A DNA stretch of 63,873 bases, filler included, from Lama guanicoe (GCA_013239625.1; 79 parts of 77 records of this genome joined end to end with filler, not necessarily neighbours in it); one strand, 5' to 3'; counted from the whole stretch's first letter, positions 25,226 through 39,151 are shown. Made by a program: numbers and translations. The notes: generated by a model from the sequence alone, not told the origin.

Positions 25226-26139
25226 CTATATTCTATATTCTGTGTTCTACATTCTATATTCTAAATGGTATACTGGGTATTCCGTATTCTATATTCTATA
25301 TTCTGTGTTCTACTTTCTATATTCTAAATTTTATATTCAGTATTCTGTATTCTATATTTTAAATTCTGTGCTCTGCATTCCNNNNNNNNNNNNNNNNNNN
25401 NNNNNNNNNNNNNNNNNNNNNNNNNNNNNNNNNNNNNNNNNNNNNNNNNNNNNNNNNNNNNNNNNNNNNNNNNNNNNNNNNNNNNNNNNNNNNNNNNNNN
25501 NNNNNNNNTATATACTTAATTCTATATTCAGTATTCTGTATTCTATATTCTAAATTCTGAGTTCTGAATTTAATGTTCTCAATTCTGGGTTCTCTATTCT
25601 CTATTCTCTATTTTATATACTGAGTTCTTTTTCTATATTTTAAATACTATTTTCTGCATTCCGTAATCTATATTCTACATTTTGTGTTCTACATTCTATA
25701 TTTGAAATTTTACGTTCTGCATTCCATGTTCTAAATTATTGGTTCTATATTCTCTATTCTATATTCTATATTCTGGGTTCTAGGTTCTGTATCCTAAATT
25801 GTATTTTCAGTATTCCGTATTCTATATTCTAAATTCTGTTTTCTGCATTNNNNNNNNNNNNNNNNNNNNNNNNNNNNNNNNNNNNNNNNNNNNNNNNNNN
25901 NNNNNNNNNNNNNNNNNNNNNNNNNNNNNNNNNNNNNNNNNNNNNNNNNNNNNNNNNNNNNNNNNNNNNNNNNNNNNNNNNNNNNNNNNNNNNNNNNNNN
26001 NNNNNNNNNNNNNNNNNNNNNNNNNNNNNNNNNNNNNNNNNNNNNNNNNNNNNNNNNNNNNNNNNNNNNNNNNNNNNNNNNNNNTTTGTGAATTCTGTGT
26101 TCTGCATTCCATGTTCTAAATTCTGTGTTATATATTCTG
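25226..26139 (-). repeat. Satellite C
   Basis: Heptamer array. Confidence 0.95.
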
Positions 26140-26794
26140 NNNNNNNNNNNNNNNNNNNNNNNNNNNNNNNNNNNNNNNNNNNNTTAATTAATTAANNNNN
26201 NNNNNNNNNNNNNNNNNNNNNNNNNNNNNNNNNNNNNNNGTCATCAAATTTAAATGTTAGCATTTACAGTAACGGTGAATGCCACTTTGGAAAGCAGCTT
26301 TAATACCTTTATATGAATTTCTGGAAAGATTCATAGTTGTAAGCAAAGTTTCTCATAATCTTGAATAATTAAGGCACTGTCCTCATTTTTTAGAGTAAAG
26401 TATTTTAGCCTTAATAGTTTTATACAATTTTCAAAATCTAGCTTTACATTTATATTACCATAGATTGATGTACAAAATAAAATTTTATACATAAGTTACC
26501 AATTCATAACTAAAATTTGTGTATACCTTGCTTGAAACAGAGGCTTCTTTTTCTTCTGCTAGAAAGTCAACTAGACAAGCAGATCTTTGAAATTTCTGCC
26601 GCACTTTCCTAAACCCATAAAAGTTAATGGGTCTAAGAAAACTTTTCATACTTCCAGTTTCAAATATTCTGAAAGGGGCCTTTTTTTTCCAAAANNNNNN
26701 NNNNNNNNNNNNNNNNNNNNNNNNNNNNNNNNNNNNNNTTAATTAATTAANNNNNNNNNNNNNNNNNNNNNNNNNNNNNNNNNNNNNNNNNNNN

Positions 26795-27708
26795 TTCAGC
26801 TAGCGTGAAGGGAACACAAAGTTTCTTGTCATTTGCAAACTCCTCTCCATACATATATATGGTGAGGAACAAGCTCCATCTCGGTTTTACAGTGCAAACC
26901 GCAGGAACTTCAAACCGGCACTTGGAAACAGACTGAGAAACCAGAGTAAGGGTTTCTCCTGCAACCCGTTCCCTTTGTGCTGGATGAACGAACGTCTCTC
27001 CACATGCTTGTTCTGAAATTTAAGTATTTATGAAACCCGTCCTTCAACTTGCTCTTTGGGAACACAAACTTTCTTTTCAATTTAAAGCTACACATTTGGA
27101 GTGACTTTCGTTCATCTAGCACAATTGAAACTTGTTTCTGTTGGAACCCTCACCCTGCTTTCTCAGACTTTTTCTTAGTGCCGATTTTAAATTCCTGCGA
27201 TTTTCAATATTAAACAGAGTTGGAGCTTTTACCTCCCCTTATATATGTTTTTTAGTCTAGTTTCCAAATGAAAAGCATCTTTTTTCCCACAAAGCTTGGT
27301 GTTTTTTTTTTCACACACACTTCTCTGTAATAATTGAGCATGTTTATTGTCATTCGTCTTTCTAGCATTAAGTGAATTTTTACTTTGGGAACACAAACTT
27401 TCTTTTCAATTTAAAGCTACACATTTGGAGTGACTTTCGTTCATCTAGCACAATTGAAACTTGTTTCTGTTGGAACCCTCACCCTGCTTTCTCAGACTTT
27501 TTCTTAGTGCCGATTTTAAATTCCTGCGATTTTCAATATTAAACAGAGTTGGAGATTTTACCTCCCCTTATATATGTTTTTTAGTGTAGTTTCCAAATGA
27601 AAAGCATCTTTTTTCCCACAAAGCTTGGTGTTTTTTTTCACACACACTTCTCTTAATATTTGAGCATGTTTATTGTCATTCGTCTATCTAGCATTAAGTG
27701 AATTTTTG
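26795..27708. repeat. Satellite A with inversion junction and derived 329-bp unit
   Basis: Reverse orientation to ~27085, forward T-rich variant afterwards; AACACAAACTTTC at 27061 and 27390. Confidence 0.85.
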
Positions 27709-28803
27709 NNNNNNNNNNNNNNNNNNNNNNNNNNNNNNNNNNNNNNNNNNNNTTAATTAATTAANNNNNNNNNNNNNNNNNNNNNNNNNNNNNNNNNNNN
27801 NNNNNNNNAGACTCAGCGTATGCCATCATCCGTAGCCCTATCCCTCCCTGAACGCTGTATCTGCTACCTCAAATTTGGCAGCTCGGATCTAGGTCTCAGA
27901 ATCAACTGTGGGGATATTATACACTGGATTCTTTGAGTTCTGTCAGCCAAGCATCTGCTCTGCACTCTTCTAACACTCAGCACATCACCTTCAATCCCAT
28001 GTCTCCTGTCCGCTTGAGAGTGTGCGTCCAAGTTAAAGAGAGTTTCACCTTTACTGCTCCATCAACAGGGCTCAGACCATGCACTGGTATCCNNNNNNNN
28101 NNNNNNNNNNNNNNNNNNNNNNNNNNNNNNNNNNNNNNNNNNNNNNNNNNNNNNNNNNNNNNNNNNNNNNNNNNNNNNNNNNNNNNNNNNNNNNNNNNNN
28201 NNNNNNNNNNNNNNNNNNNNNNNNNNNNNNNNNNNNNNNNNNNNNNAGTAACAGACCTCTCTTCGGCAAGTGTCCTGTGCCAAGGGCTGGGTGAGTGGAT
28301 GTTTCCATTGCTGTGTTCATGGGAGTGAGTGAGCGCAGGTTGCACTGCTTCTCTGTCAACTGGGCATCGATGAATCAACACTTTCCAGATACATTTCACA
28401 GAAATGTGATTTTTTTTTATCTCTTTGTTTCTATACAGCCGTGGTGGGAGGGATTGTCCGAAGACTCCAGTTTTGACATTGTGTTGATATCTCATTTGCA
28501 GTCTTGAAAAATTTAATAGAATTTATTGAAATGTTTTGGGAGTTATACGAAAATGAAGTTAGTTTCTGAAACATACTAAATCGACCTAGAAGCCAGACTT
28601 GTCAATTTCGGTAACATTATGTCTGCTCTAAGGAAAATATAGACAGATAGAATTCAAAGTAGCAGTCCGAACTTTTAAAGGGGTCATGTCAACTCTTTAC
28701 TGTNNNNNNNNNNNNNNNNNNNNNNNNNNNNNNNNNNNNNNNNNNNNTTAATTAATTAANNNNNNNNNNNNNNNNNNNNNNNNNNNNNNNNNNNNNNNNN
28801 NNN

Positions 28804-29400
28804 ACACAGAATATAGAATCTAGAATACAGAAATAGAATGTAGAATATAGAAAGTACAACACAGAATATAGAATAAAGAATAAAGAATACAGAACCCAGA
28901 ATTTAGAACATTGAATTCAGAACACACTATATAGAAAATAGAATACAGAACACAGAACCCAGTATCCAGAAAATGAAATGCAGAACATAGAATATTTAAT
29001 AAAGTATACAGAATATACAATGTACAATAGAGAATGTAGAACACAGAATATAGAATATTGAATACAGAATACAGAACCCAGAATAAAGAACTTGGAATTC
29101 TGAACACAGAATATAGACTACAGAATACAGAATACTGAACCCAGAATTAATGGAAAGTAGTACACAGAATTTAGAATATAGAGTACAGAATACAGAATAT
29201 AGAATGTAGAATATAGAATGTAGAATACAGAATATTGAATATGGAATACACAGGTAAGAATCCAGTGTTTAGAACACGGAATGCAGAACAATGATTATAG
29301 AATATAGAATAAAGAATACAGAAACCAGATTTAGAACATGGAATACAGAAAACAGAACAAAGAATATAAAATACAGAATACAGATACCAGAATTTAGAAC
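28804..29400 (+). repeat. Satellite C, diverged
   Basis: Heptamer array. Confidence 0.93.
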
Positions 29401-29500
29401 NNNNNNNNNNNNNNNNNNNNNNNNNNNNNNNNNNNNNNNNNNNNTTAATTAATTAANNNNNNNNNNNNNNNNNNNNNNNNNNNNNNNNNNNNNNNNNNNN

Positions 29501-30351
29501 GCTCTAGGAAACAGACAGAGAAACCAGTGTAAGTGTTTCTCCTGCAACCATTTCCCTTTGTGCTAGATGAACGAACGTCTCTCCACATTCTCAGATTTGA
29601 GAGATAAGCGTGTTTGAAAGCCGTCCTTTACATAGCTTGTTGGGAACACAAAGTTTCTCTTCAGTTGCAGACTCCACTCCATACATATATATGGGGAGGT
29701 ACAAGCTCCAACTCGGTTTTACAGTGAAAACTGCAGGAACATCAAACCGGCTCTAGGAAACAGACAGAGAAACCAGTGTAAGTGTTTCTCCTGCAACCAT
29801 TTCCCTTTGTGCTAGATGAACGAACGTCTCTCCACATGCTCAGTTTTGAGAGTTAAGCATGTGTGAAAGCCGTCCTTCACCTAGAGAGTTTTGAACACAA
29901 AGATTCTGTTCAGTTGCAGACTCCACTCCATACATATATATGGGGAGGTACAAGCTCCAACTCGGTTTTACAGTGAAAACTGCAGGAACATCAAACCGGC
30001 TCTAGGAAACAGACTTTGAAACCAGTGTAAGTGTTTCTCCTGCAACCNNNNNNNNNNNNNNNNNNNNNNNNNNNNNNNNNNNNNNNNNNNNNNNNNNNNN
30101 NNNNNNNNNNNNNNNNNNNNNNNNNTCCTTCACATAGCTTGTTGGGAATACAAAGTTTCTCTTCAGTTGCAGACTCCACTCCACACATATATAAGGGGAG
30201 GTAAAGCTCCAACTCGGTTTTACAGTGAAAACTGCAGGAACATCAAACCGGCTCTAGGAAACAGACTGAGAAACCAGTGTAAGTTTTTCTCCTGCAACCT
30301 GATCCATTTGTGCTAGATGAACGAACGTCTCACCACATGCTCAGTTTTGAG
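29501..30351 (-). repeat. Satellite A, 249-bp monomers
   Basis: GCTCTAGGAAACAGAC at 29501, 29750 and 29999. Confidence 0.95.
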
Positions 30352-30451
30352 NNNNNNNNNNNNNNNNNNNNNNNNNNNNNNNNNNNNNNNNNNNNTTAAT
30401 TAATTAANNNNNNNNNNNNNNNNNNNNNNNNNNNNNNNNNNNNNNNNNNNN

Positions 30452-31379
30452 CCTGAGGGTTTTCCTAATGTCTCTGTGCCAGGCAATGCTAGGGGTGTTT
30501 CCAGGAATTCCCAGGGAAAGATTCTGCCTCCCCAAGGTCAGGGAAAGTATTTCTAAGACTTCCCCGAACATTGAACACCTGTGACTGAAGAGAGCTGCGT
30601 GGAGTTGTCTCTCGAGCTCCCCCACGCACTGACAATTTTTCCGGAATCATGAGCGTGGGGAGGTTCCACCAACGGTCGGCAGTGCATGGGTTCTAATGGA
30701 ATGCCTAAGCTCGTCTCCCCTGAGCATTTTCCTAATTTCTCTGTGCCAGGGAATGCTAGGGGGGTTGCAGGAAGTCAGAGGGACAGAGGCTGCCTCCCAA
30801 AGGTCAGGGAAGATTTTTCTCGGACTTCCGCGAACAGGGAACACCTGTGACTGAAGAGAGCTGCTTGGAGTTGTCTCTCAAGCTCCCCCACGCACTGACA
30901 ATGGTTCTGGAATCCTGAGCGTGGGGAGTTTTCACCAACGGTCGGCAGCGCGTGGGTACTAACGGAATGCCTAAGCTCGTCTCCCCTGAGGGTTTTCCTA
31001 ATGTCTCTGTGCGAGGGAATGCTAGGGGGTTTAGCAGGAATTCCCAGGGACAGAGGCTGCCTCCGCAAGGTCAGGGAAGGTATTTCTCGGTCTTCCCCGA
31101 ACAGGGAACACCTGTGACTGAAGAGAGCTGCGTGGAGTTGTCTCTCGAGCTAAAATTTTTCCAGAATCCTGAGCGTGGGGAGGTTCCACCAACCGTCAGC
31201 AGCGCGTGGGTTCTAACGGAATGCCTAAGCTTGTCTCCCCTGAGGGTTTTCCTAATGTCTCTGTGCCAGGGAAAGCTAGGGTTGTTTACAGGATGTCCCA
31301 GGGACAGAGGCTGCCTCCCCAAGGGCAGGAAAGTTATTTCTAAGACTTCCCCGAACAGGGAACACCTGTGACTGAAGAG
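30452..31379 (-). repeat. Satellite B
   Basis: About 3.5 monomers, one with a ~15-bp deletion near 31150. Confidence 0.95.
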
Positions 31380-31479
31380 NNNNNNNNNNNNNNNNNNNNN
31401 NNNNNNNNNNNNNNNNNNNNNNNTTAATTAATTAANNNNNNNNNNNNNNNNNNNNNNNNNNNNNNNNNNNNNNNNNNNN

Positions 31480-32962
31480 GGCAATTCACAAACTTAATGT
31501 GATTACCTATCAAATTTTGCAAAACATTCCTTTTTGTGACTGAAAGAAATGATCCTAAGATTACACAGAGTCATAAAAGAGCCATAATTTCCAAAGCAAT
31601 ATTCAAGAAAAAGAAACAGGCTGGAGGAATAAACAACCATGTCTCCATACACTATTGCAGAGCTACAATAATCAAAATGACATGATATTGGTACAGAAAC
31701 AGGCATATGGACCAATGGAACAGAATAGAGGGCNNNNNNNNNNNNNNNNNNNNNNNNNNNNNNNNNNNNNNNNNNNNNNNNNNNNNNNNNNNNNNNNNNN
31801 NNNNNNNNNNNNNNNNNNNNNNNNNNNNNNNNNNNNNNNNNNNNNNNNNNNNNNNNNNNNNNNNNNNNNNNNNNNNNNNNNNNNNNNNNNNNNNNNNNNN
31901 NNNNNNNNNNNNNNNNNNNNNNNNNNNNNNNNNNNNNNNNNNNNNNNNNNNNNNNNNNNNNNNNNNNNNNNNNNNNNNNNNNNNNNNNNNNNNNNNNNNN
32001 NNNNNNNNNNNNNNNNNNNNNNNNNNNNNNNNNNNNNNNNNNNNNNNNNNNNNNNNNNNNNNNNNNNNNNNNNNNNNNNNNNNNNNNNNNNNNNNNNNNN
32101 NNNNNNNNNNNNNNNNNNNNNNNNNNNNNNNNNNNNNNNNNNNNNNNNNNNNNNNNNNNNNNNNNNNNNNNNNNNNNNNNNNNNNNNNNNNNNNNNNNNN
32201 NNNNNNNNNNNNNNNNNNNNNNNNNNNNNNNNNNNNNNNNNNNNNNNNNNNNNNNNNNNNNNNNNNNNNNNNNNNNNNNNNNNNNNNNNNNNNNNNNNNN
32301 NNNNNNNNNNNNNNNNNNNNNNNNNNNNNNNNNNNNNNNNNNNNNNNNNNNNNNNNNNNNNNNNNNNNNNNNNNNNNNNNNNNNNNNNNNNNNNNNNNNN
32401 NNNNNNNNNNNNNNNNNNNNNNNNNNNNNNNNNNNNNNNNNNNNNNNNNNNNNNNNNNNNNNNNNNNNNNNNNNNNNNNNNNNNNNNNNNNNNNTCATTG
32501 TGGAAACCAGGATGGGGATTCCTCTAAATATAAATAGACAACATACAATCCAACAATCCCACTTCTGGGTATATATCAAAGAGAACTCTAATTCAGAAAG
32601 ACATCTGCACCAAAATGTTCTTAGCAGGGCTATATACAACAGCCACGACATGGAAGCAACCTAATTGTCCAACAACAGATGACAGTATTCAGAAGTTATG
32701 CCGTATTTACACAATGGAATAATATTCTGCAATAAAAAATGATCAAACAATCACATTTACAGAAAAATGGATGTCCACAAAAAGTGTCATTCTAATTGAA
32801 GTAAGCCAGAAAGAGAAAGAAAAATAATACATGACATGCCATATGTGGAACCTTAAAAAAAATTTTGGTTGAGAACAGTATGGCTTCATCTACAAAACTG
32901 AAACACTGTCGCAGATCTACTAAACAAATTTATAATTACTGTGGAAAGGGGCTGCAAGAGGA
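31480..32962 (+). mobile_element. LINE-1 ORF2 3' part and 3' UTR (gapped, degenerate)
   Basis: DQWNRIE motif; CAATCCCACTTCTGGGTATATA; ACACAATGGAATAATATTC. Confidence 0.9.
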
Positions 32963-33062
32963 NNNNNNNNNNNNNNNNNNNNNNNNNNNNNNNNNNNNNN
33001 NNNNNNTTAATTAATTAANNNNNNNNNNNNNNNNNNNNNNNNNNNNNNNNNNNNNNNNNNNN

Positions 33063-33890
33063 TGAAGAACACAAAGTATAGAATATATAAAAGAGAACAT
33101 AGAACCTAGAAAAAGGTAATGGAATGCAGAACACAGAATTAAGTATATAGAATACAGAATACTGAATATACAATTTAGAAGAGAGAATGTAGAACACAGA
33201 ATATAGAATATAGAATACGGAATGAAGATTATAGAATGTAGAATATAGAAGGACGAACACAAATTTAAGAATATATAAAAGAGAATATAGAATCTAAAAT
33301 TTAGTAATGAAATGCAGAACACAGAATTTAGAATATAGAATACAGAATACTGAATATAGAATTAAGAATATAGAATGTAGAATACAGAATATAGAATATA
33401 GAATACGGAATGCAGTATATAGAATACAGAATACAGAATGTAGAACACAGCATATAGAATATGGAAAACAGAATACAGAAACCATAATATAGAACAAGGA
33501 ATGCAGAACACAGAATTTAGAATATAGAATACAGAATACTGAATATAGAATATAGAACATGGAATGCAGAACACAGAATTTACAATATAGAAAACAGAAT
33601 ACTGAATATAGAATTTAGAACATAGATTGCAGAACACAGAATTTAGAATATAGAATATAGATATAGAATACATAGAATATAGAACATGGAATACAAAACA
33701 CAGAGTTTACAATATAGAAAACAGAATACTGAATATAGAATTTTGCATTTAGAATTTAGAACACAGAATATAGAACATAGAATACGGAATTCAAAATATA
33801 TAATGAAGATTATAGAATGAATAACACATAGTACAGGATACAGAATAGAGAATACAGAACCCAGAATTTAGAACATGAAATGCAGAACAC
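33063..33890 (+). repeat. Satellite C
   Basis: Heptamer array. Confidence 0.95.
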
Positions 33891-33990
33891 NNNNNNNNNN
33901 NNNNNNNNNNNNNNNNNNNNNNNNNNNNNNNNNNTTAATTAATTAANNNNNNNNNNNNNNNNNNNNNNNNNNNNNNNNNNNNNNNNNNNN

Positions 33991-34833
33991 CATGGAATGC
34001 AGAACACACATATTAGAATATAGAATACAAAATACTGAAAATAGAATTTAGAATATAGAATATAGTACAAACAATATAGAATATAAAATACGGATGGCAG
34101 AATATAGGACGTAGAATATAGAATGAACGACCAAATTTATAATATAGAATAGAAAATATAGAAACCACAATTTAGAAATGGAATGCAGAACAGAGAATTT
34201 ATACTATAGAATACAGAATACTGAATATAGATTTTAGAATTTAGAATGTAGAACATAGAATATAGAATATAGGATACGGAATGCAGAATATACTATGTAG
34301 AATATAGANNNNNNNNNNNNNNNNNNNNNNNNNNNNNNNNNNNNNNNNNNNNNNNNNNNNNNNNNNNNNNNNNNNNCAGAACACACAAATTAGAATATAG
34401 AATACAAAATACTGAATATAGAATTTAGAATATAGAATATAGAACAAACAATATAGAATATAAAATACGGATGGCAGAATATAGGACGTAGAATATAGAA
34501 TGAACGACCCAAATATATAATATAGAATAGAGAATAGAGAAACCACAATTTAGAAATGGAATGCAGAACAGAGAATTTATACTATAATATAGAATATACT
34601 GAATATAGATTTTAGAATTTAGAATGTAGAACATAGAATATAGAATATAGGATACGGAATGCAGAATATACTATGTAGAATATAGAATGAAGAACACAAA
34701 TAGAGAATATATAATAGAGAGTATAGGATCCAGAACTTTGAACATGGAATGAAGAATAGAGAATTAAGAATATAGAATACACAGTACTGAATATAGGATT
34801 TAGAATATAGAATGTAGAACACAGAATATAGAA
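33991..34833 (+). repeat. Satellite C with ~377-bp higher-order repeat
   Basis: Rare variant TACGGATGGCAGAATATAGGACGTAG at ~34089 and ~34466. Confidence 0.9.
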
Positions 34834-34933
34834 NNNNNNNNNNNNNNNNNNNNNNNNNNNNNNNNNNNNNNNNNNNNTTAATTAATTAANNNNNNNNNNN
34901 NNNNNNNNNNNNNNNNNNNNNNNNNNNNNNNNN

Positions 34934-35745
34934 TCTGCAAATCTCGAACTCCCAATTTATCCTTTTCCACCCCCTTACCCCCCAGTGACCATAAGTTTGT
35001 TTTCTATGTCTGTGAGTTTGTTTTGTAGATGAGTTCATTTGTACCTTTTTTCTTTTTCTTTTCTTTCTTTCTTTTTTTTTTTTAAGGTTTCACATATGAG
35101 TGATATCATATGGTATTTTTCTTTCTCTTTCTGGCTTACTTCACTTAGAATGATGATCTCCAGGTCCATTCATGTTGCTGCAAATGGCATTATTTTTATG
35201 GCTGAGTAGTATTCCATTATATAAATATACCATAACTTCTTTATTCAGTCATCTGTTGATGGACATTTAGGTTGCTTCCCAGTCTCGGCTATTGTAAACA
35301 GTGCTGCTGTGAACACTGGGGCACATGTATCTTTTTCAATTAGAGCTCCCTCTGGATATATGCTCAGGAGTGGGATTGCTGAATCATATGATAAATCTAC
35401 TGAGTATTTTTGGCTTCTTTGTTAATTATTAGTTGACTTTATATGCTTGGGGTTGTTTCTAGGCTTGGGATTCTGTTCCATTAGTCTTTTTGTCTGTTTT
35501 TAACCCAGTACCACACTGCTTTGATGACTACAGCTTTATTGCATAGCTTGAAATCAGAAAGTGTGATACCTCCTGCTTTGTTATTTTTTTCTCAGAATTT
35601 CTTTGGCATTTGGGTTCTTTTGTGATTTCATTTAAATTTTAGGAGCTTTTTTTTTNNNNNNNNNNNAAAAAAAAATGCCGTTGGAAACTTGGTAGCGATT
35701 GTACTGAATCTATAGATGACTTTTTGTAGTATTGATGTTTTAACA
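34934..35745 (-). mobile_element. LINE-1 3' region fragments
   Basis: GGCTTACTTCACTTAGAATGATGATCTCCAGGTCCATTCATGTTGCTGCAAATGGC; second older ORF2 piece after ~35400. Confidence 0.9.
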
Positions 35746-35845
35746 NNNNNNNNNNNNNNNNNNNNNNNNNNNNNNNNNNNNNNNNNNNNTTAATTAATTA
35801 ANNNNNNNNNNNNNNNNNNNNNNNNNNNNNNNNNNNNNNNNNNNN

Positions 35846-36611
35846 ACAAAGAAAAATTACCAAACCACAAAAGGAAGAGGAAAGGAACAAAGGGGAAATA
35901 TCAAATCAACTGCAAAGATAAGTTCAAAATGGCAATGAACACACATCTATCATTAATTACTGTAAATGTTAATGGACTAAATGCTCCAGTCAAAAGACAC
36001 AGAGTGGTAGACTGGATAATAAAGCAAGAACCTTCAATATGCTGCATACAAGAGACTTTAGGGAGAAGGACACATATAGACTAAGAGTGAAAGGATGGAA
36101 AAGGATATTCCATGCAAATGGAGAAGCCAAAAAAGCAGGTGTTGCAGTACTAATTTCAGACACAATAGACTTTAAAACAAAGGCCATAAAGAAAGATAAA
36201 GAAGGATATTTTATAATGATTAAAGGAGTGATAGAAGATGAGGATATTACACTCGTTAATATATATGCACCCAATATAGGAGCACCTAAATACATAAAAC
36301 AATTACTAACAGAGATAAAGGGGGATATTGATGGGAATACAATCATAGTTGGAGATTTTAGCACTGCATTAACATCACTAGACAGATCTTCCAGACAGAA
36401 AATAAATAAGGCAACAGAGAAACTAAATAATACAATAGAAAAATTAGATTTGGTGGATATTTTCAGAGCACTACACCCCCCCCAAGGATATACATTCTTT
36501 TCAAGCGCACATGGAACATTTTCTAGGATTGAACATATACTTGGGCACAAAAGAAACCTCAGCAACTTTAAGAAGAGAGAAGTTATCTCAAGCTTCTTTC
36601 CTGACCACAAT
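35846..36611 (+). mobile_element. Young LINE-1 ORF2 endonuclease domain (ATG 35929), frameshifted near 36056
   Basis: NVNGLN...CCIQET then frame change to FREKD...NIYAPN...GDF...RIEH...PDHN. Confidence 0.97.
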
Positions 36612-36711
36612 NNNNNNNNNNNNNNNNNNNNNNNNNNNNNNNNNNNNNNNNNNNNTTAATTAATTAANNNNNNNNNNNNNNNNNNNNNNNNNNNNNNNNN
36701 NNNNNNNNNNN

Positions 36712-37336
36712 GGAATGCTATGGGGGTTTGCAGGCAATCCCAGTGACAGAGGCTGCCTCCATAAAAACACGGAAGGTATTTCTCGGACTTCCCCTTTCAG
36801 GGAACACCTGTGACTGAAGAGAGCTGCGTGGAGTTGTCTCTCGAGCTCCCCACGCACTGACAAATTTTCCGGAATCCTGAGCGTGGGGAGGTTCCACCAA
36901 CGTTCGGCAGCGCGTGGGTTCTAATGGAATGCCGAAGCTCTTCTTCCCTGGGTTTTTTCTTTATGTACTGGGCCAGGGAATGCTAGGGGAGTTTGCAGAC
37001 AATCCCAGTGACAGAGGCTGCCTCCCCAAGATCAGGGAAGTTATTTCTCTGACTTCCCCGTTCAGGGAACACCTGTGACTGAAGAGAGCTGCGTGGAGTT
37101 GTCTCTCGAGCTCCCCACGCACTGACAATGGTTCCGGAATCCTGAGAGTGGGGAAGTTCCACCAACGGTCGGCAGCGTGTGGGTTCTAACGAAATGCCTA
37201 AGCTCGACTCCTCTGGGTTTTTTCCTAATATCTCTGTGTCAGGGAATGCTTGGGTGGTTTGCAGGCAATCCCAGTGACAGGGCTGCCTCCCTATGGTCAG
37301 GGAAGCTATTTCTCAGAATTCCCCCTAACAGGGAAC
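36712..37336 (-). repeat. Satellite B
   Basis: Monomer motifs at ~265-bp spacing. Confidence 0.95.
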
Positions 37337-37436
37337 NNNNNNNNNNNNNNNNNNNNNNNNNNNNNNNNNNNNNNNNNNNNTTAATTAATTAANNNNNNNN
37401 NNNNNNNNNNNNNNNNNNNNNNNNNNNNNNNNNNNN

Positions 37437-37983
37437 ATTTAGAATATTCAATACCGAATACTGAATATAGAATATGAATATACAACGTAGATCACAGAAT
37501 TCAGCATATAGAATACAGAATACTGTATATAGTATTTACAATATACAATGTAGAACACAGAATATAGAATATAGAATACGGAATGCAGAATATACAATAC
37601 AGAATATAGAATGTAGAACACAGAATATAGAATATGGAAAACAGAATACAAAACACCTAATTGAAAACAAGGAATGCAGAACACAGAATTTAGAGTATAG
37701 AAAACAAAATACTGAATATAGAATTTCGAATATAGAATATAGAACACAGAATTTAGCATATAGAATACAGAATACTGAATATAGTATTTAGAAAAGAATA
37801 TAGAATGTAGAACACAGAATATAGAATATAGTATACGGAATGCAGAATATAGAATACAGAAGATAGAATATACAACCCAGGATATAGAATATGGAAAACA
37901 GAATACAAAACACAGAATTAATAACATGGAATAAAAAACACAGTATTTAGAATATAGAATACCGAATACTGAATATAGAATTT
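37437..37983 (+). repeat. Satellite C
   Basis: Heptamer array. Confidence 0.95.
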
Positions 37984-38702
37984 NNNNNNNNNNNNNNNNN
38001 NNNNNNNNNNNNNNNNNNNNNNNNNNNTTAATTAATTAANNNNNNNNNNNNNNNNNNNNNNNNNNNNNNNNNNNNNNNNNNNNACCTCTGTGGGGCGAAA
38101 AGCACTGCGGTGCTTCAGAAGCATCAAAGAACACTGAGTTTTGTGAAACAGTCCTGAGGCACTTAAATCGCACTTTTTCTGAAAGGCTCCAAAACTGACC
38201 CACTTCACCATTCCAGGTATAACAGGGAGGTACCGGAATTAGTAGAGAAAACTTGCCCTTGAAGTCTGACAAGGCCCTGCTTGAATCCTGCTACAGCATT
38301 CACTAGCCACTAAACGGACCAATTCACTTAACCCCTGTGAGAAGGCTTCCCAATCTGCAAAACGGGGCTGCCACCGCCCACCTGGGAGGCATGGATGTGA
38401 ATGCAACATGCAAGTAGGGCGACCGACTGGTACCTGACCCGGGGCCTGGCTAGTTTCCCTCTGCTGACCTTCTCCCCCTTTAAACTTGCACTGTTCCCCC
38501 TGGTAAGGGTGAAGCCCACGGAATAGACTGCCTCTATCTTCTGTGTATTCCCAGATACATGCCTTACCCTTAGGAGGCCAGAAAAACTGCCTCCTCCCCA
38601 GTNNNNNNNNNNNNNNNNNNNNNNNNNNNNNNNNNNNNNNNNNNNNTTAATTAATTAANNNNNNNNNNNNNNNNNNNNNNNNNNNNNNNNNNNNNNNNNN
38701 NN

Positions 38703-39151
38703 CCAGTAGCAGCCAGCTCAAGGTTTGAGAAGATAATTCTCGGAATTCCCCTGAACATGGAACACGTGTGACTGAAGAGAACTGCGTGGAGATGTCTCTC
38801 GAGCTCCCCCACGCACTGATTATGGTTCCAGAATCCTGAACGTGGGGAGGTTCCACCAACGGTCGGCAGCGCGTGGGTTCTAACGGAATGCATACGCTCG
38901 TCTGCCCTGATGGTTTTCCTAATGTCTCTCTGCCAGGACGGGGGTTTCAGGAATTCCCAGTGATAGAGGCTGCCTCCCCAATTTCAGGGAAGTTATTTCT
39001 CTGACTTCCTCCTAAGAGGGAACATCTGTGATTAAACAGATCTGCATGGAGTTGTCTCTCGAGGTCCCCCATACACTGAAAATTTTTCCGGAAAGCTGAG
39101 CTTCGGGAGGTTCCACCAAAGTTCGGCAGCTCATGGGTTTTAAGGGAATGC
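38703..39151 (-). repeat. Satellite B, diverged
   Basis: Monomer motifs. Confidence 0.9.

Noticed and set aside
35990..36610. 206-aa minus-strand ORF
   Set aside because: Antisense shadow of L1 ORF2
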